Shown piece by piece: positions 19,503 to 27,758 of a DNA stretch of 64,000 bases. The notes under the pieces are model-generated. The model saw nothing but the letters and a program-made list of their open reading frames with translations. It was not told the origin of the DNA and did no database searches. The first letter of the stretch is position 1; the number at the start of each line of letters is the position of its first letter. Source of the stretch: Candidatus Pacearchaeota archaeon. Its GTDB lineage: Archaea > Nanobdellota > Nanobdellia > Pacearchaeales > GW2011-AR1. The stretch lies in contig JACQLK010000016.1 in assembly GCA_016204145.1 (NCBI GenBank), positions 9,181 to 73,180 of the forward strand, in the 5' to 3' direction. Position numbers and translations under genes: made by a program.

Positions 19503-19503
19503 C

Positions 19504-19749
19504 TTAAAGAATCAAGATAAATCCTTCTGGATGAACAAACTCTATAAAAGTGAAGGAAGGGTTTTCTCCTCTTTTTTCAATTTCTTTTATTACAACATCT
19601 ACATTTTCATTAGAAACAATCGGTTTAGAATTTTTTATAGCCACGAATTTGCCGACAAAGCCCTCTTTTTGTAATTTAGATATATTTCTATGAAACCATT
19701 CGCTGTCTCTCTCAAAGTTTTCCAAAATCTGCGTTTCTTGGCTTGTCAT
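19504..19749 (-). CDS. small hypothetical protein co-transcribed with retropepsin-like protease
   Basis: 81 aa, 1-nt gap to downstream protease gene. Confidence 0.4.
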   Translation of the reverse strand: MTSQETQILENFERDSEWFHRNISKLQKEGFVGKFVAIKNSKPIVSNENVDVVIKEIEKRGENPSFTFIEFVHPEGFILIL

Positions 19750-19891
19750 TTTAATGAAGAACTCTTTTTCCTTTTAGGGGATGAAAGCAGTAGAAAATCA
19801 ACTTTTTTAAATTTTGCGGAACAAGAATCAAACCCTCTTTTCATTTAAGGGCTAGGCAAAACCTCTTTATAAATTTTTTAGTTTTTAAAAA

Positions 19892-22612
19892 TTACCCCAA
19901 GCTCTCCTCGATTATCTTAATCTCATCTGAAGTCAAACCGTAGAGTTTGTAAACCTCGGCGTCGATTTCATAGTCAATGTTTTTTATCTGTTGTTCCAAT
20001 CTTTCTTTTTCATTTCCGGAAACGCCGGAGTCGTGATTTTTCTTTTGAATCTCAAGCATTTCATTGACGAGGGAAATGATTTTTTGTTGTTGGGGAGGAG
20101 AAACTTTCGGAATAATTATTCTTTCAGTAACGGGATTATCAAATTGCATTGTTCTTATCGCTTTTCCAAAAATAAATCTATAGGCGTACCAATTAGTTAG
20201 TTTTGAGTTAATTATCGCAATTAAGAATTCTGAAGAAAATTTATTCTTATTTTGAAGTTGATTAATTGTATCCACAATTATATAATCATTAATTTTTAAA
20301 TCATTAGATAAAGAAGCTGTTATTTTTATATGGTCAATTGGATTCTCAATGTGTGCTACTATTCTCTGAACCAAAATAGAATTTTGTTTGATAAACGCTT
20401 TTTCATCTTTAACAACTTTTTTAGATATATACCCTTTAACATCTGAAGAAATAACATATCTTCCAATTTGCATACCTCCTAAAACCATTAAATCAGATTT
20501 TTTATCTGTAACTTCTTTTTGGTAAATAGCTCCTCGCCGATTAATAATTAAATCATTTAACGAAACCCCAGAATTTTTTATTTTTCTTCCGACGTTTAAT
20601 TCTTTATCAGAAATTCCATTCAGCAAAAATCCAAACTCTTTGAAAGTTTCTTTGTTTATCTTTCCAACACATTTAATTTCTTGGTTGTCTCTTACACAAG
20701 AATTATAAAATTTTTCACTCTTATTTTTATTATAAAAATAAATAACTTGTTCAAGTTTTACTTCTTTCCAAACTTTTCCTACGTCAACAACTTCTTTTAA
20801 ACCTTGCAAAAGTTTTTCTCTTATTTCTTCCCAAGTTGAAGAATAAACAAATGGTTTAGGAATAATAAACCCATTAATTCCTTTAGAATTTAATAAATCA
20901 ACTGCAAGAGACATAAACAAACAAGCCGTATCAGTATTTCCTAATTTAAACTTCTTTTCTAATAATTCTCTATCCTTCTCTGGCAAATCCGCACCATACG
21001 GCGGATTCCCGACGACAACGTCAAATCCTCCGTTTCTGAAAACATCAGGGAACTGCGCGTTCCAATTAAACGCCTTGTCTCCCGCTACTTTTGAATCGTC
21101 AATCAAGGAGTTTCAGTTTTTTATGTTATTTTTCAAATTAGGAAGCAAAAGCTTTCTCGTCTCCCTTGTTTCTCCTTCAAGAAGTTTCAGCAGCAAATTC
21201 AACTGCGCCAGCTCAACCGCCTTCTCGTCCAAGTCAACGCCGTAAACGCATCTTGAAAGAATTGTGATTTTTTGCGCCAAATTCAACCTGTCCTCGTAAT
21301 TTTTAAAAGTTGAATTTTTGCTTTTGTCTCCTCTCTTCATTTTTTCCTCAACAGCATCGCAAACCTCCTGAAACGCGCGAATCAAAAAACTTCCGGAGCC
21401 GCAGGCAGGGTCAACTATTCTGACTTCCAATATTTCGTCAATGGATTTATCTTTTACATATTCTCCGACAGTATTTTTGACGATGTAATCCACAATGTAA
21501 GAGGGAGTGTAGTAAATTCCCATCTTTTTTCTTTTTCCGCTTTCGGAATCCAACTTTACTCTTTGTTCTGTTCCCCTCAAAACAACGCCGAGGTATTGCT
21601 CATATATGCTCCCGAGCAAATCGCCGGGAATCTCGTCAAACATATATCGCGACTGCTTATTTTCCACGCCAAAATAAAGAATTTTTATTATTTTTTCCAA
21701 ATTCTCATCATCTAAAAAAATATTTTTCTCATCTTCAAGTATTCCCGAAGAAAATAATTTTGAATTGTATGATTTGTCAAAAATCTTGAACTGTTCATCC
21801 AATGCAGGCCACAATTTCACCTTTAATCGGCCTTCTCGTGAATCCTTGACAAGTCCAAGCAAAAAATTCTGATTCTCCAATCCCCTGTCTTCGGCGGAGC
21901 GCATAAAAATCAACCTATCAATTAAAATCTGTATCGCCTCGTCTATCTGCTCGTCTGTCAGATAATTCCTTAATTTCTTCAAATCGTTGGAGAGCAATCT
22001 TCTTATTTCAAGCAAATCGGCTAAAATGCTTTCGTCAACCGGGACAAATTGCTTTTCGTCTTTTTTTGATAAAAGTTTATTTATTTCTTGTTTTTCAAAA
22101 CTTTCCCTTGAAATAAGCCACAACTTGTCAAATTCTTTTTCAAAATCCTTAAACTCAAGCCAGAATAATAAATTCTTGTCTATGTTTTTTATATTTGAAA
22201 GCGCGTGATAAACCCTGAAATATTTAAAATTAGTAAGAACCGAAAATTTTATTTTCCTGTGGTAGGCGTAAGAAACCGCCTGTCTTCCCTCGTCTTCCGA
22301 TAAAGAAACATTTGTTTTTTTCGCCTCAACAACCAAGCTTTCCTGATTTCCGATTCTTAAAATATAATCCGCCCTTCCTTTAAGCACTCTTTTTTCTTTT
22401 GAAATATCTTCCCTATTCCAGCCCAATGCTTCAAACAGCGGCTCAATGAATTGAAATTTTATATCTTCCTCAGGCATTGAATCCAATTCGCTCTTTGATT
22501 TCAGCGAAAATTTGCGGACTATCTTTTCTACTTCTAATTTCGCTTCTTCCTTAGTTGTCATTTTATATTTTTTTGAAAAGCACCTCCGCCTTCTTAATTT
22601 TATTCGTCTCAA
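19892..22612 (-). pseudogene. Type IIG restriction-modification fusion enzyme (PD-(D/E)xK nuclease + gamma-class N6-adenine methyltransferase + TRD) interrupted by one in-frame TGA at 21113..21115
   Basis: N-terminal GRADYILRIGNQESLVVEAKK (D..E.K nuclease motif), motif I VDPACGSGSFL, then TGA, then in the same frame motif IV VVGNPPYG; listed halves 21113..22612 and 19892..21106 are separated by only two codons. Confidence 0.7.
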
Positions 22613-23948
22613 ATATTTTATTAATCTTCTCCGACGTTTGCGGAATGAACGGCGAAAGATAAAAACTTATTTTTCTTATCGCTTCAACCAATTCAAACAA
22701 AACTTTTTTGTCATGCGTCTCCCACGGCTTTTTTTCCTGAACATATTCGTTGCAAATATCAACAAAAGCAAAAATTTCATTCAGCACTTTGTCAAGCTCG
22801 TAATTTTCAAAATGATTTTCAATTTCTTTTTCCTTAAATTTTTTCATCAAATCGTTTTGCGTTTTCTCAATCCCGTATTTTTCCGCCAGCGCGCTCACGC
22901 GCGAAACGAGATTTCCCAGCTTGTCCGCGAGCTCGTTGTTATGCCTGTCAACAAGCGCGGTTCTTGAAAAATCCCCATCTTCACCGAAAGGCACGCTTCT
23001 CATCAAAAAATATCTCGCCGAATCCAAGCCCGCGAGCGAAACCAGCTCGTCGACGTTTATCACGTTTCCCGTCGTCTTTGAGATTTTCTCGCCTTCAATC
23101 GTCAGCCATCCGTGCGCGAAGACATTTTTCGGCGGCTTGATTCCGGCAGAAAGAAGAATCGCGGGCCAAATCGCGGAATGAAACCACAAAATTTCTTTTC
23201 CCATCAAATGCAAATCCGCGGGCCAGAATTTCTCTTTTCCTTTTTCCCTCGTCGCGGAGTAATAATTCGTCAGCGCGTCAAACCAAACGTAAGCGATGTG
23301 TTTCTCGTCAAACGGAAGTTTTATTCCCCAGTCAAAGCTCGTTCTTGAAATGCTCAAATCCTGCAATCCCCCTCTCACCCTGTTGATAATTTCCATCTCC
23401 CTGCTTTTCGGAAGGATGAATCCTTTCTTGTAAAGCGCGAGGAGTTTTTTCCGGTATTTCGAAAGTTTGAAAAAATAACTTTTCTCTTTTAATTTCTCGG
23501 CTTTTATTTTATGCACGGGACAAAACCCGTCAACCAAATCTTTCTCCGTGTAATATTGCTCGCAAGGAGTGCAGTAAAATCCCTCGTATTTCCCGAGATA
23601 AATGTCTTTTTTATCATAACACTTTTGCAATATCTCTCTGACAACTTTCTCGTGGTCCTTGTCCGTCGTTCTTATGAATCTGTCATAATCAACATTTAAT
23701 TTTTTCCAATCATCTTTGTATTTTTTCACAAGTTCGTCTACAAATTCCTTCGGCTTCTTCCCTTGTTTTTTCGCCGCGCTTTCAATTTTTTTTCCGTGCT
23801 CGTCTGTTCCCGTGAGAAAAAAAACATCCTCTCCTTTCAAGCGGTGCCATCTCGCCAAGATATCTGCCGCTATCGCGGTGTAAGCGTGCCCCACATGAGG
23901 GATATCATTCGGATAAAAAATCGGCGTCGTGACGTAAAATTTCTTCAT
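22563..23948 (-). CDS. metG: methionyl-tRNA synthetase (catalytic core, no C-terminal tRNA-binding domain)
   Basis: PIFYPNDIPHVGHAYT (HIGH), KISKT (KMSKS variant), CxxC knuckles (CTPCEQY..CPVH). Confidence 0.85.
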   Translation of the reverse strand: MKKFYVTTPIFYPNDIPHVGHAYTAIAADILARWHRLKGEDVFFLTGTDEHGKKIESAAKKQGKKPKEFVDELVKKYKDDWKKLNVDYDRFIRTTDKDHEKVVREILQKCYDKKDIYLGKYEGFYCTPCEQYYTEKDLVDGFCPVHKIKAEKLKEKSYFFKLSKYRKKLLALYKKGFILPKSREMEIINRVRGGLQDLSISRTSFDWGIKLPFDEKHIAYVWFDALTNYYSATREKGKEKFWPADLHLMGKEILWFHSAIWPAILLSAGIKPPKNVFAHGWLTIEGEKISKTTGNVINVDELVSLAGLDSARYFLMRSVPFGEDGDFSRTALVDRHNNELADKLGNLVSRVSALAEKYGIEKTQNDLMKKFKEKEIENHFENYELDKVLNEIFAFVDICNEYVQEKKPWETHDKKVLFELVEAIRKISFYLSPFIPQTSEKINKIFETNKIKKAEVLFKKI

Positions 23949-24058
23949 CCACTTCTAAAAAAAGTGAAATATAAAAATGCTTTGTTGAAAAAGATTTAGG
24001 CAAGATACGGCATTGAAATGCCGTCAAGTTGCGCAAAAACATATGACGGTGGTTTTTT

Positions 24059-24100
24059 AGTTAACATTTGTTTTTGCGGGGCGGGGAGTTTCGGATGGGA
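24059..24100 (+). repeat. G-rich intergenic repeat, copy C
   Basis: agttaacatttgtttttgcggggcggggagtttcggatggga, ~110 nt upstream of the MetRS start. Confidence 0.5.
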
Positions 24101-24113
24101 GAATTAAATTCAA

Positions 24114-24506
24114 TTAAATGGCGTATTCGTAAGAATCAGCGACATATCTCTCTATGCTCCCGACTTTTCTTTCATACAACTCGCGTTCCTGCCTTGTAAC
24201 TTTTCCCGTCTTTGTCCAGTCAATCAAATCAATTCGAGCTGAAGTGTCAAAACTAACAAGAAGATATTTTAGTCGGGAATTTGCAACTTTTCCTTCAACA
24301 TAATCTCTTACTATATCCACGCTAAATCCTCTTTCCTGGATTTGTTGAAAAATCCTTTCACAAGTTGCTTTTCTTTTTTTATCGTCCACAACAACCAAAT
24401 GGTACCTTGCAAGCGCGGGATTGTCTGGAGATTGTTGCCAATTCCACAAAACATGTCTGCTTCCGGCGGAAATTTTTTTAAGGGCATATAAATTAACTTT
24501 TCTCAT
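24114..24506 (-). CDS. hypothetical protein
   Basis: 130-aa ORF. Confidence 0.4.
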   Translation of the reverse strand: MRKVNLYALKKISAGSRHVLWNWQQSPDNPALARYHLVVVDDKKRKATCERIFQQIQERGFSVDIVRDYVEGKVANSRLKYLLVSFDTSARIDLIDWTKTGKVTRQERELYERKVGSIERYVADSYEYAI

Positions 24507-24557
24507 AGATTATAAAAAAAGATAGTTATAAAAATTTAATGAAATTGAAGCTCTGGT

Positions 24558-24727
24558 GCGGCTTTGGTCTAATGGCATGACGTCACCTTCCCATGGCACT
24601 TTTCACTGAAGGTGAAAAAGGCATAAGCGGAATTCGCAAGAATTCTGGCTACGAGCATTTTTTCAGAAAATGCGGAAATGATTCTCGGAAAAAGGTGGCT
24701 GCGCGGGTTCGATTCCCGCAAGCCGCA
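24558..24727 (+). tRNA. intron-containing tRNA, anticodon probably CCC (Gly); ~98-nt intron at canonical 37/38 position (approx 24594..24691)
   Basis: acceptor GCGGCTT/AAGCCGC, T-arm GCGGG-TTCGATT-CCCGC, anticodon stem TCACC/GGTGG only pairs across a ~98-nt insert; intron contains cGGAATTCgcaaGAATTCtg hairpin with GNRA loop. Confidence 0.6.
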
Positions 24728-24730
24728 TAA

Positions 24731-25426
24731 ATGCACAAACTATTTAAACGACTTCATATTATTTTGGAAATGTTCGGAAATTTTGGAAAGAGAGAGTGCA
24801 AAAGGTGCGGCGAAAATTCAAGCAACAAGCATAATTTCTGTCCTAATTGCGGAGTGCCTTTCAACAACAAGAAAACAAAAAGAAACGATTTCGGAATGCT
24901 CGGAGAAAGCGATTTTGACGAGGCAGGGGAATTTCAAAATCCGTTTTTTGGCGGCCTTGCGGGGGGGATGATAAATAAAATGTTTGAATCCGCCGTGAAA
25001 ATGTTTGAAAAAGAAATGGAAAGGGAAATGAAAAGGGGAATGCAAAATCCGAGGACGAATTTCCAGCTTTTCATAAACGGCAAGCCGGTAAAATTTGAAA
25101 ACGCTCCGGGGCAAAGAAATTTTGAAGGGAGAAGAGCGGAAATCCAAAATAGCGCCCTCCCAAAAAACAATCTTAAAGATTTCCCGTCTCTTCCGAAAAA
25201 AGAGCCGACCACGGAAGTCAGAAGATTCTCAAACAAGTTGATATACGAGATAAATCTTCCAGGCGTAAAATCTGACAAGGACATTTCAATTGTGAAACTC
25301 GAAAACAGCATCGAAATAAAGGCCGTTGCGGGCGACAGCGCGTATAAAAAAATAATCCCGATAAATCTTCCCGTCACGAATTACAATTTGTCAAACGGAA
25401 AACTCGTTCTTGAACTCGGGGAGTAA
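24731..25426 (+). CDS. small heat-shock protein (Hsp20/alpha-crystallin domain) with N-terminal zinc ribbon; true start may be 24770
   Basis: CKRCG..CPNCG then C-terminal EVRRFSNKLIYEINLPGVKSDKDISIVKLENSIEIKAV..NGKLVLEL. Confidence 0.7.
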   Translation: MHKLFKRLHIILEMFGNFGKRECKRCGENSSNKHNFCPNCGVPFNNKKTKRNDFGMLGESDFDEAGEFQNPFFGGLAGGMINKMFESAVKMFEKEMEREMKRGMQNPRTNFQLFINGKPVKFENAPGQRNFEGRRAEIQNSALPKNNLKDFPSLPKKEPTTEVRRFSNKLIYEINLPGVKSDKDISIVKLENSIEIKAVAGDSAYKKIIPINLPVTNYNLSNGKLVLELGE

Positions 25427-25556
25427 AAAATTTTTTAATCTTTTCAAAAAGAATAGGGAATTCTCATTCCGCTTCAGATACGTCAAGGGCTTTTTGCTTG
25501 AAACAACATAAAGACAAGATTCAAACGTCAAAAAATTCGGGAATATTCTGACAAAT

Positions 25557-25877
25557 TCAAGGATAATATCCTATCGTCTCTGCCCTTTCCTTTTCAATTT
25601 GTTTTAACATTGAATCCAACTCGTCGGATGTTGTTGAGGAAAGCGAAACGCCGCGACTTTTCAGGGAATCCAAGGATTCTCTCAAATAACTGAGCGTTAT
25701 GGGATAATCCAAAGGCGAATTTCTCTTTGTAAATTCCACTTTTGCATCGTGAAATTTCCTTGCAAACAAATCCCCGTCAACGCCTTTTCTTAGAATCCAG
25801 TTTTCATACATCACAATTATTGGATTGTCCACAAGAATTGGGTGATATTCTTGACCAGTTGTTGTTTCTAAATCCAT
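25557..25877 (-). CDS. hypothetical protein
   Basis: 106-aa ORF. Confidence 0.35.
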   Translation of the reverse strand: MDLETTTGQEYHPILVDNPIIVMYENWILRKGVDGDLFARKFHDAKVEFTKRNSPLDYPITLSYLRESLDSLKSRGVSLSSTTSDELDSMLKQIEKERAETIGYYP

Positions 25878-25983
25878 ATTTGAACCATTGAAAGATACTT
25901 TATAATAATTATTGTGCTAAATTTATTTTCTGCAAATTCAGTTTTTCTACCGTTGTAGTTTCTTTTTTCTAAAAAGAAACCAA

Positions 25984-26058
25984 TGAGCCTGCAAGGATTT
26001 GAACCTTGGACCCCTGCCGTATCAGAGCAGTGCTCGTACCAGGCTGAGCTACAGGCTC
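25984..26058 (-). tRNA. tRNA-Ile (anticodon GAT)
   Basis: cloverleaf folded by hand: acceptor GAGCCTG/CAGGCTC, D GCTC/GAGC, anticodon stem CTGCT/GGCAG loop CTGATAC, T-arm CAAGG-TTCAAAT-CCTTG, 75 nt. Confidence 0.9.
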
Positions 26059-26245
26059 ACACTAAAGACAAAAACAAAAGCATTTTAAAGGTTTTCTTAA
26101 AAATCCCAATCTTTAAAAAGCGATTTTTTCTACAAGTGTTATGAATAAATTAAATTTTCCGCACTTGACCGAAAGGAAGGTTAAGCGAAGAGAACTAAAA
26201 GGAGAGTTAAGCTAAGGGAAACTTGGTTCCCTAGCGTGTCTCGCA

Positions 26246-26818
26246 ATGGCACACGGAGCATACTATTACATCGCGCAGGCGTGGAAAAAACCCGACGCAA
26301 AAATACTAAGGGAAAGAATGACTTCTTGGAGAGCTACGGAAACCGTCGTAAAAGTCGACAAGCCATTGCGTCTTGACAGGGCGAGGGCTTTGGGCTACAA
26401 AGACAAAAAAGGATTTGTCGTCGTCCGTGTCAGAGTAGTGAGAGGCGGACACAAAAGATCCCGTCCGATAAAAGGAAGAATGGGCAGAAGAATGCACACA
26501 AGAAAAAATTTGAAAATGAGCTATCAATGGATTGCCGAGCAAAGAGCGGCGAACAAGTATGCAAATCTTGAGGTCTTAAATTCATACCAAGTTGGAAAAG
26601 ACGGACAGCATTTTTTCTACGAAGTGATTCTTGTCGACCCTGAAATGCAAGAGATAAAAAACGATCCGACGATTTCATGGATTGCAAGCCCTGGAAATAA
26701 GGGAAGAGTTTTCCGCGGCTTGACGTCGGCGGGAAAAAAGTCAAGAGGACTGCTTCACAAAGGTCCGGGATTGAAGGTCCGCCCGAGCGCGAGGGCGAGA
26801 AAGCACAAGGGGAAATAA
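26246..26818 (+). CDS. rpl15e: 50S ribosomal protein L15e
   Basis: MAHGAYYYIAQAWKKPD.. characteristic L15e N-terminus, basic 190 aa. Confidence 0.9.
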   Translation: MAHGAYYYIAQAWKKPDAKILRERMTSWRATETVVKVDKPLRLDRARALGYKDKKGFVVVRVRVVRGGHKRSRPIKGRMGRRMHTRKNLKMSYQWIAEQRAANKYANLEVLNSYQVGKDGQHFFYEVILVDPEMQEIKNDPTISWIASPGNKGRVFRGLTSAGKKSRGLLHKGPGLKVRPSARARKHKGK

Positions 26819-26825
26819 TTTTAAA

Positions 26826-27221
26826 ATGGACTCCTCGTCAATTATTCTCTACAACGGCGAAGGAGAAATTCTTCTTCAAGAAAGAGAAAAAGACATAGAA
26901 TTTTATCCGGGAATTTTCGGTCTTTTCGGAGGCAGCGTGGAAAACGGCGAAAGCCATCTTGAATGCATCTCAAGGGAAATTATGGAAGAATTGGGATACA
27001 AACTAAGAAATCCCGGATTTTTCGCCAAAAAAAGAATAAACGGAAATTTCAATTATATCTATTCAGAAAGGTACGACGCTTCGCAAAAATTAATTCTCGG
27101 CGAAGGCGCAAGCATGCAATGGGCAAGAAAAGAACTGATTGAAACGCTCGATATGGTTCCGTTTCAAAAAGAGGCAATTTACGAATTCATATCTTCGGGA
27201 AAATTGAACTCTCGAATTTAA
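26826..27221 (+). CDS. NUDIX hydrolase
   Basis: Nudix box GGSVENGESHLECISREIMEELG. Confidence 0.8.
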   Translation: MDSSSIILYNGEGEILLQEREKDIEFYPGIFGLFGGSVENGESHLECISREIMEELGYKLRNPGFFAKKRINGNFNYIYSERYDASQKLILGEGASMQWARKELIETLDMVPFQKEAIYEFISSGKLNSRI

Positions 27222-27460
27222 ATAATCTTTTGAGAAACAATTTTCGCCAAATCCCATTCTCCTCTTTCGCGTTCTTTGTTCCCGTCAGAGACAAAGATGC
27301 TTCCTATCGCCTCATCGACGGTCTGGGATAGAACATGATAAAAATTTTCTGGGTCTTTCAAATAAAGTTCCCTTAAAGCCGGATTTTTTAATTCAAGTTC
27401 AAGTCTGTAATCTCCATCTTCCAAAAGCAAATTGTATTTCTCATTGGTCATAAAAGACAT
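27218..27460 (-). CDS. hypothetical protein
   Basis: 80-aa ORF. Confidence 0.3.
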   Translation of the reverse strand: MSFMTNEKYNLLLEDGDYRLELELKNPALRELYLKDPENFYHVLSQTVDEAIGSIFVSDGNKERERGEWDLAKIVSQKII

Positions 27461-27541
27461 TTAAAAAATTAATATATAAAATTTGTCGGGCTGCAAAATA
27501 TATAACCATAAAATTAAAAACTTCTTTTCTTTAAATTATTA

Positions 27542-27757
27542 ATGGCATTCAATCTCTTCTCTCTTCTCGCAGTAATCGGGCTTTTAATTTTAACTTGGGG
27601 GATTTTGACTAAAAAAGACAATAAAAGAAATTTTTTATTTTTAATCGGCGGAGCTTTATTGATAATTTACAGCATTTACATCAAAGACATAATTATCGTC
27701 GCGGTTCAAGTTATTTTCACATTGGCTGCGGGATATAAATTATGGAGAAAAAAATAA
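27542..27757 (+). CDS. small two-helix membrane protein
   Basis: 71 aa, two hydrophobic segments. Confidence 0.35.
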   Translation: MAFNLFSLLAVIGLLILTWGILTKKDNKRNFLFLIGGALLIIYSIYIKDIIIVAVQVIFTLAAGYKLWRKK

Positions 27758-27758
27758 A

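Noticed and set aside
21113-21115. Whether the in-frame TGA in the RM gene reflects an alternative genetic code (UGA as Gly or Trp)
   Set aside because: TGA terminates the TBP ORF exactly at the conserved C-terminus (…NYKG*, 31706..31708), and all long housekeeping ORFs are intact under the standard code. A recoded genome is therefore unlikely; the stop is local to this gene.
24678-24971. ORF-track ORFs overlapping the tRNA/intron (24678..24971) and many antisense or embedded ORFs inside long genes (e.g. 375..659, 10794..11258, 28344..28901, 53533..54036, 57160..57867)
   Set aside because: They lie inside or antisense to well-supported genes or the tRNA, have low-complexity or odd composition, and lack motifs; treated as spurious.
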